Shown piece after piece: positions 1 through 14,171 of a stretch of DNA of 64,000 bases (positions are counted from its first letter, which is position 1; each line of letters opens with the position of its first letter). The DNA is from Octopus vulgaris (lineage: Eukaryota), in NCBI GenBank assembly GCA_951406725.2, contig OX597819.1, forward strand, positions 70,060,001-70,124,000. The letters run 5' to 3'. The notes beneath the pieces were generated by a model. The model saw nothing but the letters and a program-made list of their open reading frames with translations. It ran no database searches and was not told the DNA's origin. Position numbers and translations under genes: made by a program.

Positions 1-504
1 GTGGGAAGTGGAGTTTGGCGGTGTGCGTTCAACATCCGAGTTAGAAATGTGAAAGGGTATAGATATAGGGAATTAAAGAGGCGTGTTTTTATCATGTTTT
101 TTTTTACTTTTATTTCTATTTCTATTTTTACTTTATAACCTTATGCCTTTACATTTATTTATATTTCTTTATATTTCTTTATATTCTTTATACCCCCTTT
201 ACATCTCCTTATAACTCTTTATATCTTTATGCTCTACATTTTTATATTTTTCTATACTTACACATTTTATACACTTTTTATCCCTGGTCCCGAATTCTCG
301 CCCCTCCATCTTCACGTCTATATATGTATTTATTTATTTACATTACCTCAACATCCAGTTTTCCTCATTCTACATTGAGAGAAGAAAGAGATGGACGCTT
401 CAATTCAATGCTGCTGCCGCATTATGTCGTGCGCGAATGAGAGGATTTGCATCCCCAACCAAGAATTTTTGATGTAACACATGTCCTTGTGGAAGCTGTT
501 GTGC

Positions 505-582
505 GCGGCTGAAGAAGGCCACAGACATACATTATGCATTGTTATAAATCTGTCTAATAAAGGCCCGAAACATATGTACCGC
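505..582 (+). ncRNA. Type I hammerhead ribozyme motif (Penelope-like)
   Basis: gcgg CTGAAGA aggcc...ggccc GAAA catatg TA ccgc. Stem I gcgg/ccgc, stem II ggcc/ggcc extended by acaga/tctgt, palindromic stem III ACATATGT, GUA site. A10.1-C11.1 mismatch. Confidence 0.7.
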
Positions 583-619
583 TGAATCCTTCGCATCATG
601 TTTTTATTTTATTTTGATC

Positions 620-669
<50 letters not shown>

Positions 670-698
670 ATATGTATATATATATATATATATGTGTG

Positions 699-774
<76 letters not shown>

Positions 775-777
775 ATA

Positions 778-844
<67 letters not shown>

Positions 845-1336
845 ATATACACATATATATATATACATATATCAGTTTTGATTATTAAATATAAAAAGTA
901 AATAAGCAGATTATTATGAAACAAAATGTTACTTTAATGCATTGGATTCGGGCTCTGTTCCAATAAATGGCTACAACTTTTAAGTTAGTTGCATTTACGG
1001 TCCGTTTCATATTCTATTTTCTTTCCTTGGTGTAAAACTATTAAATGTACGTCTGTAAATACATAAAATATTGAGTTAATGGAATCAAGATAGTAACTGC
1101 CATTGTGTTACATAGTGGGGAATGTCTCTCGTGATTTTGCAAATTTTAAGATAAATACTTTACTCCTTAACCGTATAAAAAATAAGTGAAAATGAATATA
1201 TATCAAGTGTGTGTATACAAATGCGTTTGTATATCTAAATTTTGTGTAATAATTGCATGTGTATGTGGATATATGTATGTATTTGTGTATGTGTGTATGT
1301 GTGTACGTATGCACGTATAGACCATGTATATGTGTG

Positions 1337-1390
<54 letters not shown>

Positions 1391-1394
1391 CATA

Positions 1395-2270
1395 CGAGGT
1401 CTGATCAATAAGTATCTGGACTGTTACTATAGTAACGTAACTGAAGCCACTTGGCAAACATTGACCGTTAGACTCTGTTGTGCATGCGCACTAAGTTTTA
1501 ACGTACTAGCTCACTTTCGTTGTTTACAGAAGTGCTTGGAAGGAATGTGTGTAGTGTGTGACCGTTACATTGACCATGACAGAGAAAGTTGTCATGGTTA
1601 TATATGCTCAGATACTTACGCAAAGTAGCAGAATGTGTATGGAGAGGGGGGGGTGAGCCGCACACAAGTGTATGGGTGGTGCAGACGTTTCCAAGATGGC
1701 CGAAAAATGTCGATATTGACGAACGTTCGGGAAACCCGCAACCAGCAGAACTGAGAAAAACGTGGCAGATATTCTGGCGGCTGTGGAGGGAAATCGTCGA
1801 ATCACCATCCGTGAGTTATCAGAGAATGTGCAGATTAGTTACGGTCCAGTTCAGTCCATTATCACTAAATATTTGGGTATGAGACGCGTGTCTACCAAGT
1901 TTGTGCCAAAACTGCTTTCAGCTCGCCAAACAGACACTCGGGTTTCAGTTGCACAAAATCTCCTTGATTGTGTCGAGAACGAAAACTTCTGGAAAACTTT
2001 GTGTAGGCCTCTGAGCAGGTATTGCCATGCTTTTGGCAAAATTTGATGCAGATTCTCTACTCAACCATCTCTGTCACGATCAATGCAACGATCACACGCT
2101 ACACATCTTCCTTCCAAGCACTACTGTGAACAGCAGGAGTGAGTTAGAACATCAAAACTTAGTGCACGTACACAGCAGAGTTCAAGATCAATATGTGCCA
2201 AGCGGCATTACACTACGTCCTTTAGCTTTGTTACTACGGCAACAGTCCGGATACTTATTGATCAGACGAC
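1395..2270. mobile_element. Non-autonomous mariner derivative built from two inverted 5' halves
   Basis: TIRs gtctgatcaataagtatc(t/c)ggactgtt at both ends. Plus-strand transposase HTH fragment RRITIRELSE...GMRRVSTKFVPKLL. The right ~250 bp is the reverse complement of the 5' end. Confidence 0.85.
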
Positions 2271-3118
2271 TCACACACATATATATTTATTTATACACGT
2301 ATATATTTGTACACGTTCTGTACTTTCCGTGAACGAATTATTGTATCACATCTGTCTAACAATTTGTCACTATACATCCGTAATATATGCATAATTAAAT
2401 ATCCATATGCATATATATACACACGCACATACATGTATATATATATATAATGTGTGTGTGGTGGGTGCACAGAATGAGAGATGGTCTACCTCTTCTTCTC
2501 TGTTCGTTTATCCAAACTATCATAACACTATATTTACATAAAGATGTCTGTAGCTCGGGGCCTTTTACCTTCATGCTACTCACGAAATAATTATAAGGTG
2601 TCACGTACTCCGTGATTTTGTAAGCAAACCACAACTTTTCTCTAATGTGAGCTTTGATAATTTAGCATTTGTAATTAACTAATTAATTAATTTATTTGTA
2701 TTATTTAAATTTATATTTGTTTTTCTAGCGTTCTCATTCATTTTTCATTAATAATAGTGTAGTATCCTATATTATAATTTTCATTTTTTGATGTCTAAGT
2801 GTGTCTGCATAAGTATATGTGTGTGTGTGAGTTTGTATGTGTGAATGCGTATTTATGTATGTGCGTGTGTGCATACACGTTTATGTGTGTGTAGGCATGT
2901 CTTGAATTCGAAGAATTCAACATACACCTCTCCTTCGAAAGAAGGAGAGATCTCCCGAACGGGGGCTCGTTCGATCGGTAACGCGATGACCGCACAGCAA
3001 GTTTAGAAATTCCAGCAAACGATACCATGCTTTAAATAATTATAATTTGATATATATTGGAGAGGCACAATATATATTGTTGTCACACACGCACACACAC
3101 ACAATCACACACATACAC

Positions 3119-3392
<274 letters not shown>

Positions 3393-3456
3393 TCACTGTA
3401 TCTCCGGTATTCGAGTACTATTTTCTTCCACCTTCTTTCACATTTATGCATATATT

Positions 3457-3526
<70 letters not shown>

Positions 3527-3527
<1 letters not shown>

Positions 3528-4305
3528 TAGCTGTTGGACGCGGCGTTGCCCGTGTATTCCGTGTTCAAGTTAAGCCCACTTCTGACCTTGTATTGAAATC
3601 TTCTATGTTCCCTACGCCATCTATTACCCACTAAGATATGATATTATATCTGGTTCGGCAGAGATTTTACCCGGTTAACGCTTTCGACATACTCTTACAT
3701 ACTGGACCGTCTGAAATTGCAGTCAAACTTTTGGGGGTACCTCGACCTGTTGAGAGTGATGTTTGTTTATTTCTCTCCCCTTAATGCCATCCTCTGTACC
3801 AACTTGATCAGTGTGTCCAATCTCAGCAAAATCCGAAGAGAAATGTTAAGGTTATGTCATAAAATAAAATCCATTTAGATGAAAATATAAAAATTACAAC
3901 CAAAAATGAAATCCCTATGGGTATTTACACGCAAAAAGCCTATTGATTTTATAAAACCACTGCTCAGGTGCAACTATCGATTTTTTGTCAACGCCATATA
4001 CTGACATCAACTCGCTATCATGAGCCTCGCTCACTCATCAATTTTCATCAAAATAGGACAAAAAATGCAAAAGCTGCAGGAAAAATAACATCGTTATGGG
4101 AATTTCCATTCAAACGCCCGATTCAGCTCACAAAAATCGATGCCAACTGAGCAATATCGAGTTTCTGAAAATTCCGGCTTTATTTGAACTTCAGAGCATG
4201 GGATCTACCTCTGTGCCAAAAATCATTAAAATCGGTTGGACGGTGCGAAAGGAGTTAGAGTAACCTCAAACACAGACACCATTACACATTTGCGTATATA
4301 GATAT
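3527..4305 (-). mobile_element. Helitron-like non-autonomous element
   Basis: Minus-strand 3' end CTAG preceded by a GC hairpin (cgggcaacgccg); the other end ends in tatatagat. Similar architecture at 55405-55815 (-). Confidence 0.5.
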
Positions 4306-4565
4306 ACTTATCACAGTATCTTCTGAATATAATTAGTTATATGTATCTATGTGTGTGTGTATGTGCATGTACTTATATGTATATATGTTTATTATATATA
4401 TTTATATATATATCAAACTGACCGTGTTTATCTGCATCACTCTCTCCATATCAGGTCACCTGGATTTCTCTTATAGCTACTCTTTATCTCGTGGACTTGG
4501 TTCTCGAGGGAGATTTTGGAGCTTAAGTTCACCTTTTGAATATATGTATATATATATATATATAT

Positions 4566-4589
<24 letters not shown>

Positions 4590-4597
<8 letters not shown>

Positions 4598-5460
4598 TAT
4601 CCTCATCAGTTGCCAGTCTTTTGGCTACCGCTCTTGACGCTTTTGCAGTCAACCGTCGCAACTGGTCTCTGCGCTCTCTCCCTCTTTCTCTCTCTCTCTC
4701 TCTCCCTCTCTCTCTCATGTCCAGTCCTTGATGTCAAACCAGGTTCTTTCCCCTCTGCTTGTCGTCTGCCCTACTCAACGGTTCCCTGAAAGAATGTTTT
4801 GGACAGGGAGTTGTGGCGGGTTACGTGACCGTACCAGGCAAACCTTTGTCTTTTAACCTGTGCAAGAAGTGGCTCTCGCCTTCCAGCGTATTTATTTATT
4901 CGTTTTGTTCTCTGCGTACAGGATATATAGCGCTCTTCTGAAGCACTTCTACTCAAATGCCTGAATTTCTTTTTCCATATCAGCCATAAGAGTTCAGCTT
5001 TAAGACCCACACAAAAAGATTGAAGTCGTCAGAGACTTATACACTTTCATTCTAGTTGGAAAACTAACGGAGTTGCTTTACTATGTTGTTCAGTTTTGCC
5101 ATGGCACCAGAGGCCGAAGCGAGTCTTGTTGTTTTCACTTTTTGAGATCTGCCATCCTTGGTCAAAATGAATCCTATGTACATGAAGATATCCAGTCTGT
5201 CAAGTCTCTCTCCGTTCAACATGATGTTAGTTACTGTTTTCTGACAGTTACTATTAACCAGGACCTTGCTCCTTTCTGATCTCCATACCGTATGCTCCTC
5301 ATAGTTTTTCAAGCCCAGTTCTAAGTGTCAGGCGTTCTGCTTTACTGCTTCCAAACAGGTCAATGTCATCAGTTAAGCGTCGGTTGGAAATGGGCCATCG
5401 TCCGATGGAAATAGACTCCTCCATGATGTTGTCCAGAAAGCTGTTGAAAAGCACTGAAAA
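4590..5460 (-). mobile_element. RTE-clade LINE 3' fragment (degenerate reverse transcriptase and C-terminus)
   Basis: ORF pieces LFNSFLDNIM, NRRLTDDIDL, FMYIGFILTKDGRS and VKRQRFAWYGHVTRHNSLSKTFFQGTVE; (CAT)n tail. Confidence 0.85.
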
Positions 5461-6122
5461 GAAGAGACTTGAGATATTGTGCATCTCATATGTGTGTCTG
5501 TCTATATATTTGCATATACACGGATGTATAGAATGCGTTCCGTGTGTGTAGGTGAATGTGCATGTGCGTATGGGGGTGCTTGTCCCCATCACCACTTGAC
5601 AACCAGTATTGGTATGTTTACATCCCCGTAAGCTAGCTGTTCGGCAAAGCATTTCGATAGAATAAGTACCAGGATTTTTAAAATAATTATAAACACTGGG
5701 GTTTATTCGTTTCACTAAAACTCTTCAAGATTGTGCCCCAGCATGGCCGCAGTATAATGACTGAAACAAGTAAAATACAAACGATAAAAGATCCAGTGTT
5801 TATTACATTAATTATTACCTTAATAATTAATTAATATCCTTGAGCTGTTTTGTCGCTTTGTGGTAAGCGGCAAAGAGATCAGGTCCTGGTAAATTGAAAT
5901 TACTACATGGATCTCCAATAACTGAATTAATCCGGTTCCTTTCACTTTGGCCATTGAATCCTTTGAGAAAATTTCGATTTATTGAATTATGATGAGCGTC
6001 GGTTTCGTTTCAGAAGAATTTCCATGGTTCGTGTGCGAAGTCAGCGGTAAAAGACGTTTTACTTTAAGACAGTTCAGTCGAGCGAGATATGGCAGTTAAG
6101 AGAATAATACTGCAGCACATAA

Positions 6123-6161
<39 letters not shown>

Positions 6162-6183
6162 TAAGTGTATGTGTATATACATG

Positions 6184-6224
<41 letters not shown>

Positions 6225-6338
6225 TACGAGTGAACGTATATGTATGTATGCATATATATCAAAATTTTATTTATGTATACACACATGCAAACACACACGC
6301 GCATTCACGCATATTGCATCATCTCATGTATGATACAC

Positions 6339-6369
<31 letters not shown>

Positions 6370-6497
6370 GTATATATATATGTGTATATATATGTATATA
6401 TGTGTGTATATCATATAGATGTATATTATATACATGTATATTATATACATATATTATATTATATATTAAGTATGTATAGTGTGTGTGTGTGTGTGTA

Positions 6498-6554
<57 letters not shown>

Positions 6555-6857
6555 GTGATATATTTGTTTCGGGAAATATAAAAGCAGCATATTTCCTGTT
6601 AACTGACAGTTTCGTCTTACGGTTCTTCATTTCGCATGGACATTTCGCACGGTTTCAAATTATATTTAGGGAATCTTGGAGATTTCTCCGAAGAATATAG
6701 AAAGTAATGGTGCTAAAAGATGAAGTTAACGAATGGCAGCAGTTGTCCAGTTGCTGGGAAGCACGAGTAGAACTCCAAGAATTAAAGCAGTCCGATGATT
6801 GAGTTGGATACACATGAGAAGTTCGCGTGAGCGTTTAACTAATATTCTTGTCGTAAA

Positions 6858-7563
6858 AGGCAGCGAGCTGGCAGAAACGTTAGAACACCGGGCGAAATGC
6901 TTAGCGGTATTTCGTCTGCCGTTACGTTCTGAGTTCAAATACCGCCAAGGTCGACTTCGCCTTTCATCCTTTCAGGGTCGATAAATTGTCTGCCCTTGTT
7001 TGTCCTCTCTGTGTTTAGCCCCTTGTGGGTAGTAAAGAAATAGGTATTTCTTCTGCTGCTACATTCTGAGTTCAAACACCACCGAAGTCGACTTTGCCTT
7101 TCATCTTTTCGGGGTCGATTAAATAAGTACCAGTTACGCACTGGGGTCGATATAATCGACTTAATCCGTTTGTCTGTCCTTGTTTGTCCTCTGTGTTTAG
7201 CCCCTTGTGGGTAGTAAAGAAATAGGTGTATCGTCTGCTGCTACGTTCTGAGTTCAAATTCCGCCGAGGTAGACTTTGCTTTTCATCCTTTCGGGGTCGA
7301 TTAAATAAGTACCAGTTTCGCACTGAGGTCGATAGAATCGACTTAATCCGTTTGTTTGTCCTTGTTTGTCTTCTCTGTGTTTACCCCCTTGTGTGTAGAA
7401 AGTATTTCGTCTGTCTTTACATTCTGAGTTCAAATTCCGCTGAGGTCGACTTCTCCTTTTATCCTCTCGGGGTCCATAAATTAAGTACCAGTTGTGTACT
7501 GTGGTCGATCTAATCGACTGGCCCCTCCCCAAAAATTTCGGGCCTTGTGCCTAGAGTGGAAAA
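6858..7563 (+). mobile_element. Tandem tetramer of a tRNA-derived SINE (Meta/MESC-like core) flanked by an 18-bp TSD
   Basis: Four units of about 160-190 bp carrying ttctgagttcaaa..gcctttcatcctttcggggtcga. taatattcttgtcgtaaa occurs at 6840-6857 and 7564-7581. Other family copies at ~7925-8130(-), 11423-11615, 23745-23950, 39945-40155, 51940-52160, 54361-54557(-), 60928-61155. Confidence 0.85.
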
Positions 7564-7671
7564 TAATATTCTTGTCGTAAACTTATGCCGTCTTTTTCTT
7601 GTATTTTTCATTTTGTTCTTCATTACATATACGCACACACATACTTATATATACATATACATACACACACG

Positions 7672-7719
<48 letters not shown>

Positions 7720-8432
7720 ATCACGGGAAGGCTCTAGTTCAGTGGTTAAGGTTTTGCACTAACGATCTCATGATAGTGGTTTCGATGCCCGTTGCCAGCC
7801 CACTCAGCTGCGGCAGCGGAGTGGCATCTCAGTCAGGGGGAGGGGTATGGTCTTGGTCCTTTATACGCCATGGAAACTGGGTAAGCGACCCTATGCGCCC
7901 TATTTACGACTTGTGATATATATTTCTTTACTACCCACAAGGGGCTAAACATAGAGGGAACAAACAAGGACAGACAACGGGATTAAGTCGATTACATCGA
8001 CCCAGTGCGAAACTGGTACTTTATTTATCGACCCCGTGAGGACGCAAGGCAAAATCAACCTCAGAACGTAACGACAGACGAAATACCGCTAAGCATTTCG
8101 CCCGGCGCGCTGACGTTTCTGCCAGCTTGACGCCTCTGAAATTAACGTACAGAATATAGCGTACAGACTTGTAATATAACGTACAGCATACACATACAGT
8201 ATATACAAACCCACAAACACACACATACATACACACACACATACATATATACACACACAACACATACATATATGCAAGCATGCGTGCTTGCATACATACA
8301 TACATACATACATACACAAACACACACACACACATACACATACATACATACATACATACATACATACATACATACATACATACATACATACATACATACA
8401 TACATGCACACACGCACGTACATACACATACA

Positions 8433-8690
8433 TATTGGGTTGGCAACCAAGTTCCCACTGTTTTTTTAAATTTTGGAATTTATTGCGTTTTTAAGTTTTG
8501 GAATCTATTTTGTTTTTGTTGTTTTTTTTCTAGTTAATTTTAGTTAATTTTTGTTCATTTTCAGATCATTAAAATGGAATGTCAAGTTAAGAAAAACGAG
8601 TATTATCGACACCTCCTTCTTTCTTTAAATCAAGGTTCTATGACCGCTAAAAGCTGCTCGTGACATTTGTGCTGTGTATGGAGAGGGTGA
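8433..8690 (+). mobile_element. Mariner 5' fragment (TIR plus transposase N-terminus)
   Basis: ta-ttgggttggcaac TIR-like start; decayed MECQVKKNE...AARDICAVYGEG. Confidence 0.65.
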
Positions 8691-8880
8691 CACACACACA
8701 CATACATGCATACGTACATACATAGATACACGCACACACGAATACATACATACACACAGGCATACGTACATTCATACGCACACATACATACACATCCGCA
8801 TGCATGCACATGCACACACACATACATACACACCCATACATACATACATACATACATACATACATACATACATACATACA

Positions 8881-8912
<32 letters not shown>

Positions 8913-9049
8913 CACCAACATATATACACACACATACATGCATACATACATACATACATACATACATACATACATACATACATACATACATACATACATA
9001 CATACATACATACATAAATACATACATACATACATAAAGTACACGGATA

Positions 9050-9400
9050 CACAGGAGTTGAACCAAAAGTAAAGCAAAAATGGGAGTAACTATTTTATTA
9101 ACAGTCATGGGTTGTTGAAACTGCAAGCATTGGTCGAGTACCTCTCTTCCTATATGCAAAGATACTCTTCAGCACAGTCTCCGCCTCACAAACGACAGAT
9201 CTGCGCCTTCATAGGACCCAACTCCAAAACCAGGTTTGCACTGCTGTACCCACTTCTTCCCAGCCACTTTTACAACGTCTGTGTCGTCAAATATTTGTCC
9301 CTGAAGACTGTCCCTCATGGGACCGAACAGATGGAAGACAGAGAGTCCCAGATCCAGGTTGTGCAATGGCAGGAGGACCAATGACCAGAGTAATTTGGAC
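9050..9400 (-). mobile_element. Mariner transposase C-terminal fragment
   Basis: ORF 9169..9381 contains DLGLSVFHLFGPMRDSLQGQIF, resembling the YSPDLAPSDFHLFGPLK motif. Confidence 0.6.
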
Positions 9401-9502
9401 GGTTTTGTTATTTAATGAGAAGTTCAGGTTTTTCCCTTAATGTAAGTTATCACTAGGGAGTGTGGTGACCAGTATCAGAGTTGGGGCAGCTTGTGTTTTA
9501 GA

Positions 9503-9942
9503 AGTATTTTTTCTGCAATGTATGGATAATTTATCCTGATCACGCTATTTTATTAGCATTATCACACGTTTGAGAATAAAAAATTTATTTCTGTATCTTT
9601 CAATACATCTCAACGCTTCTAAAAGACAAACTTTGTTTCTTTACTAACATCGTAAGTTGAATTTAACGTTAGCGTCTTATGAAGCTAAATTTGTAAGTTC
9701 TAAAATTGCATAAAAATTCGTTATTGGGCAGTTTAGCTTATTGGTAAAGCACTTGACGCGTAATCACAGTGAGTTCGAGTCTCATGGCTGGCTGGTAACG
9801 TATTTTTCTGCAATACATGGATAATTTATTCTGATCACGCTATTTTTTAGCATTATCACGCGTTTGAGAATAAGAAAAATATTACTGTATCTTGCAATAC
9901 ATCTCAACGCTTCTAAAAAAACAAACTTTGTTTACTTTCATC

Positions 9943-9945
<3 letters not shown>
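9503..9945 (+). mobile_element. tRNA-derived SINE (head ~9727-9793) with a duplicated ~140-bp body
   Basis: Head gggcagtttagcttattggtaaagcac...gagttcgagtctc. Body gtatttttctgcaat...catcgta present at ~9503-9645 and ~9800-9945. Confidence 0.6.
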
Positions 9946-10004
<59 letters not shown>

Positions 10005-10007
<3 letters not shown>

Positions 10008-10745
10008 TCAAGGCATCAATCTATATCCGCGTATTTGCTTTGCAGTGTTTTTTTCCTGTTCGTCGATTTTTGCGATGGCTGAAAATGAAGGAACAGCATG
10101 CTTCTGTAAAATTTGGCGGCCGAAACAGGACGCTGCCATGAACAAAACACAAGTTTACGAGTCGTTCTCATGCTTTAGGAATGATTACTTGTCGCTTGAA
10201 GACCCATCTTGTTCAGGACAACCGTCGACCTCCTGAACGAATTAAAACATCATGAAAATTTATGAACTGACTTTGGGGACGATCAACGAACATTTGACGA
10301 ACTTGTTGAAATGACTGATTTGTCTTGGAGCTCCTGCCAACGAATTTTGAGCGAGGAATTGCGAATGAAAAATGTTTCAGCAAAATTTGTGCCTCGCTTG
10401 CTCGCGGTAGATCAAAAGCAGTCACGACTGAATGCGTGTCGTGAACTGAAAGGACAGTTGGAAATTGACCAGGACACTCTTTTCGAAGGTCATCACCGGT
10501 GACGAAAGGCTATCGTACGGAATTTGCAGATGTGGAAGAGGTGAAGAAAAAAGAAACGACGGATGTGTTAAAAGGCATCACTTCGGAAGAGATCAAGTAC
10601 TGTTTCCAACAGTGGAACACGCGTTAAGGCTGATACATTGCCTCGAATAGAGAATACTTTGAAGGCGATAAAAGTGTAAACGTGTAAAACTAAGTTAATA
10701 AAATAACATTGCAAATTTCTGGTTTCTTTTGGGTACCCCCTTGTA
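10005..10745 (+). mobile_element. Internally deleted mariner element
   Basis: Fragments SCQRILSEELRMKNVSAKFVPRLL and SKVITGDE, a terminal EYFEGD, and a 3' TIR ending ttttgggtacccccttgta. Confidence 0.8.
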
Positions 10746-12579
10746 TATACACCACACCTAGAACTAACCCTGAGTCGAATCTACTGTATAAATAATTGGA
10801 TTTGGTATTTACATATTTCCAGTACCAGCCAACGCTTGACAACTTTGTAGATTTTTTTTTACTTCACTATGAACCCTATGTTATTGTAACTAACCTTCCT
10901 GGCGCCCTCCCTATTGATGTGCCTTGATTCTAGGGAATTCTATACCTAAAAAATTAGTGTGTGCGTGTGAGTATGTGTGTGTGTATAACGGTTGCTGCGC
11001 CTCTTCAGAATATTGCCATTGCATCGAAAGTCATCGAGAGGTATCCGGCCATGGGTATGTAAGAGGCTCTTTAGTATAGCCCCAGAATGGCCGCAATCCA
11101 ATGACTGATATAAGCCAAAAGTTTCTAAGATACAAGCCATTTCAACGCAATTCCAAATCATAAATATATTTCAAAGAGAAAATAATTTTTTGAAAGACAT
11201 AAATATGGGAGGTAACTCTTACAAAATTATACTATCAAGGGAAGTAACTTCATTTTTATACATGCAAGTTGCTTCCACTTCGATATAACGCCATAGGATC
11301 TTTTCCTTTTGATGGACGGAATTTTTTAGTTAACTAAACAATTTGAAACTTCGTATACTGGTAGAATATGTCAAAGGAAAACATTATTGTAAACAAAATT
11401 GAAAACAAAATTGTAATTGTCGAGGCGGCGAGCCAGCAGAACCGTTAGTACGCTGGACGAAGTGCTTAGCTCGTCGAGACGTTCTGAGTTCAAATTCTAC
11501 CGAGGTTGACTTTGCCTTTCATCCTTTCGGGTTCGATAAATTAAGTGTCAGCGGGGGGATGTAATCGACTAGACCCCTTTCCCAAAATTTCGGGCTTTGT
11601 GCCTAGAGTAGAAATGATCAATTTTCTATATCGTTCGATACATTTCTTTATAAATCTTGTAGTAATAAATATACTTCAAAAGTCAAATGTTTTAGGAGAA
11701 AGAAAGAAAGAAAGAAAGGAAGGAAGGAAGACGTGTTATTGAAATAATGTTTGAGATAGGCGCGGAAGTGGCTCTGTGGTAAGAAGCTTGCTTCCCAACA
11801 ACATGGTTCCAGGTTCAGACCCACTGCGTGCCACCTTGGACAAGTGTCTTCTACTATAGCCTCGGGCTGACCAAAGTTTTGTGAGTGGATTTGGTAGACG
11901 GAAACTGAAAGAAGCCCCTCGTGTGTGTGTTTGTGTTTGTCACCCCACCATCGCTTGACGACCAATGTTGGTATGTTGACGATCCCCCATAACTTAGTGG
12001 TTCGGCAAAAAGAGAGCGATAAAATAAGTACTAGGTTTACAAAGAATAAGTCCTGGGATCGATTTGTTCGACTAAAGGTGATGCTCCAGCATGTTGTGGT
12101 AACAACAAACAAGATGAGGACACATATCCATCCAATGAAAATAATGTACATAATTCCTCATCTCTAAAATACAGAATAACATACACTTAACTCCTCCCAA
12201 AAAATTGCTGGCCTTGTGCTAAATTTTGAAATCAAAATATAATGCTGGATACGAAAATAGAACCAAGTTATTCATTGGAGTGGGGTAATCCTGGAAATTC
12301 CATGATTATTTTGAAAATCAAGCATTGGATTCTCAACATAATGTAAAAGTTCACATAGGTGGCGCTGAGGGAACAGTCTTAAGAAACAACATAATGTGCC
12401 AAGGACTATATTTTTCAAAAGTCTTTTATTTATATGTATAATTGGTCTGAAGGATTAAACAAACACAATGGATATATGTCTTCTGCTATAGCCGCAGGTC
12501 AGCCAATGTCATGCGTGAATATGAAACTGTGTGGAGGCCTATTGTGTTTGTGTGTGTATATACATATATATATATATAT

Positions 12580-13675
12580 AGGATATATAAATCACAGTGT
12601 GTATGTGTGTATAATGCCTCATGCTTTTCCCACATTTCTCAACCGATTTTCACAAAACTTTACACACACATTACTTATGTCCTAAGGTTGATCATGTACT
12701 AAACATTTTGCCCAGAACTCCCAGGTAAAGAGACCTAAATGGACATATTTTTTTTTTGTATCTAGAGTCTTCCATACTTTTTTTATAAAAGAGAAAGGAT
12801 CTTGTCTATTTGTCCACCTGTCACGGTGATTAAATTAACTAGGAACACTACACAATGAATATCCAACACCAAACAATCTTAATCTCTATATTTAAACTGC
12901 ATTAAACTTTGGCAAGCTTACCTTTTCCTATTCTGAGTTACCTGAAAGGTGATGTTCCCTGCCCTCTCTTCTATTTATTGATACCTTAGTTAACCTACCA
13001 ATGCGTTGTTTCATTTTAAGGAAGCTTATTTACCCATCCATTATATTTTGACTGTTGTCCATTGTTTCAAATACATTTTAGCATTGTCGTTCTAGCCTTT
13101 TTTAAACATTCTCATATTATTCGTCCCAAACAATCAACCTTTGAATAAGAGTTTTGCTTCCACTAGTGAAAACTATACGTATCTTTCAGAAGGCTCCATA
13201 CTAATTGACCTTTATGCACCATTTGCTGTTAGTTTATGCACAGGTTATATGGGAAGACAGAATAAAGGGGCCTTTGTTAGATTATCTCTCCAACAGTTCC
13301 CTATGCTGTTGAATAAAATTAACTCAAGGTATTCCTTCAAGTTCCTTACACCATTTAAGTGGCTGTTTCTGACAAGGAATTTTGCTTTCATGTAAAAGAA
13401 CTATATTTTGTAGTCATTATCCACAACCTACTTCCAAAACACTTCAGTAGCTCTACTTTTCATCGCTTGCAAACTTATATGTTCTATGACCATTAAAGTG
13501 CAATGACCTCCACAATAACCAACCTTCAATTTGATTTTCCGTTCCTAGGTTAACCGGAAACATAGATTGCCATGCTACTCATGAACCTTCTTGGTAGAAA
13601 TTCAATTATTTGGTGAAAAAATACCACCAAAGCAACTGCAACTTAAATCGTCCAAAGGACGGGTGCGTTTGCTAG
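12580..13675 (+). mobile_element. Helitron-like non-autonomous element
   Basis: 3' hairpin cgtccaaaggacg followed by ...gCTAGt; ccgattttcacaaaactt block near the 5' end. Confidence 0.5.
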
Positions 13676-14171
13676 TGTGTGTGTATATATATATCATTTT
13701 TTAATGTCCGTTTTCCATGCAGGCACAGGCTAGATGGTGTGGCTGAGGACTGGCAAGCCAGTAGGCTGCACCGGGTTCCAATTTGATCTGGCGAAGTTTC
13801 TACAGCTGGATGCCCTTCCTAACGCCAACCACTCCGAGAGTATAATGGGTGCTTTTTACGTGCTACCAGCATGAGGGCCAGTCAGATGGTACTGGCATCG
13901 ACCACATTTGAATGGTGATTTTTATGTGCCACCAGTACGAGAGCCAATCAGGCAGCACTAGCATCGACTACACTCAAATGGTGATTTTTACATGCCCCTT
14001 ATATATCAGCACCGGCATGGCTGTGTGGTTAAGTGTGCTTTGCAATCATGTAATTTCAGGTTCAGTCCCATAGCATGGTACCTTGAGCATGTGTCTTCTA
14101 GTATAACCCTGGGTTGACCTAAACCATGATAATGGATTTCATATGCAGAAACACCATCATATATATATATG

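Noticed and set aside
598-924. Long YI/HT/CV-repeat ORFs here and throughout (e.g. 32040-33014, 53280-54020)
   Set aside because: Translations of dinucleotide and tetranucleotide microsatellites; not genes.
9727-9793. tRNA gene
   Set aside because: The cloverleaf does not pair properly and the sequence continues into a repeated body; it is a SINE head. The same applies to the other tRNA-like heads.
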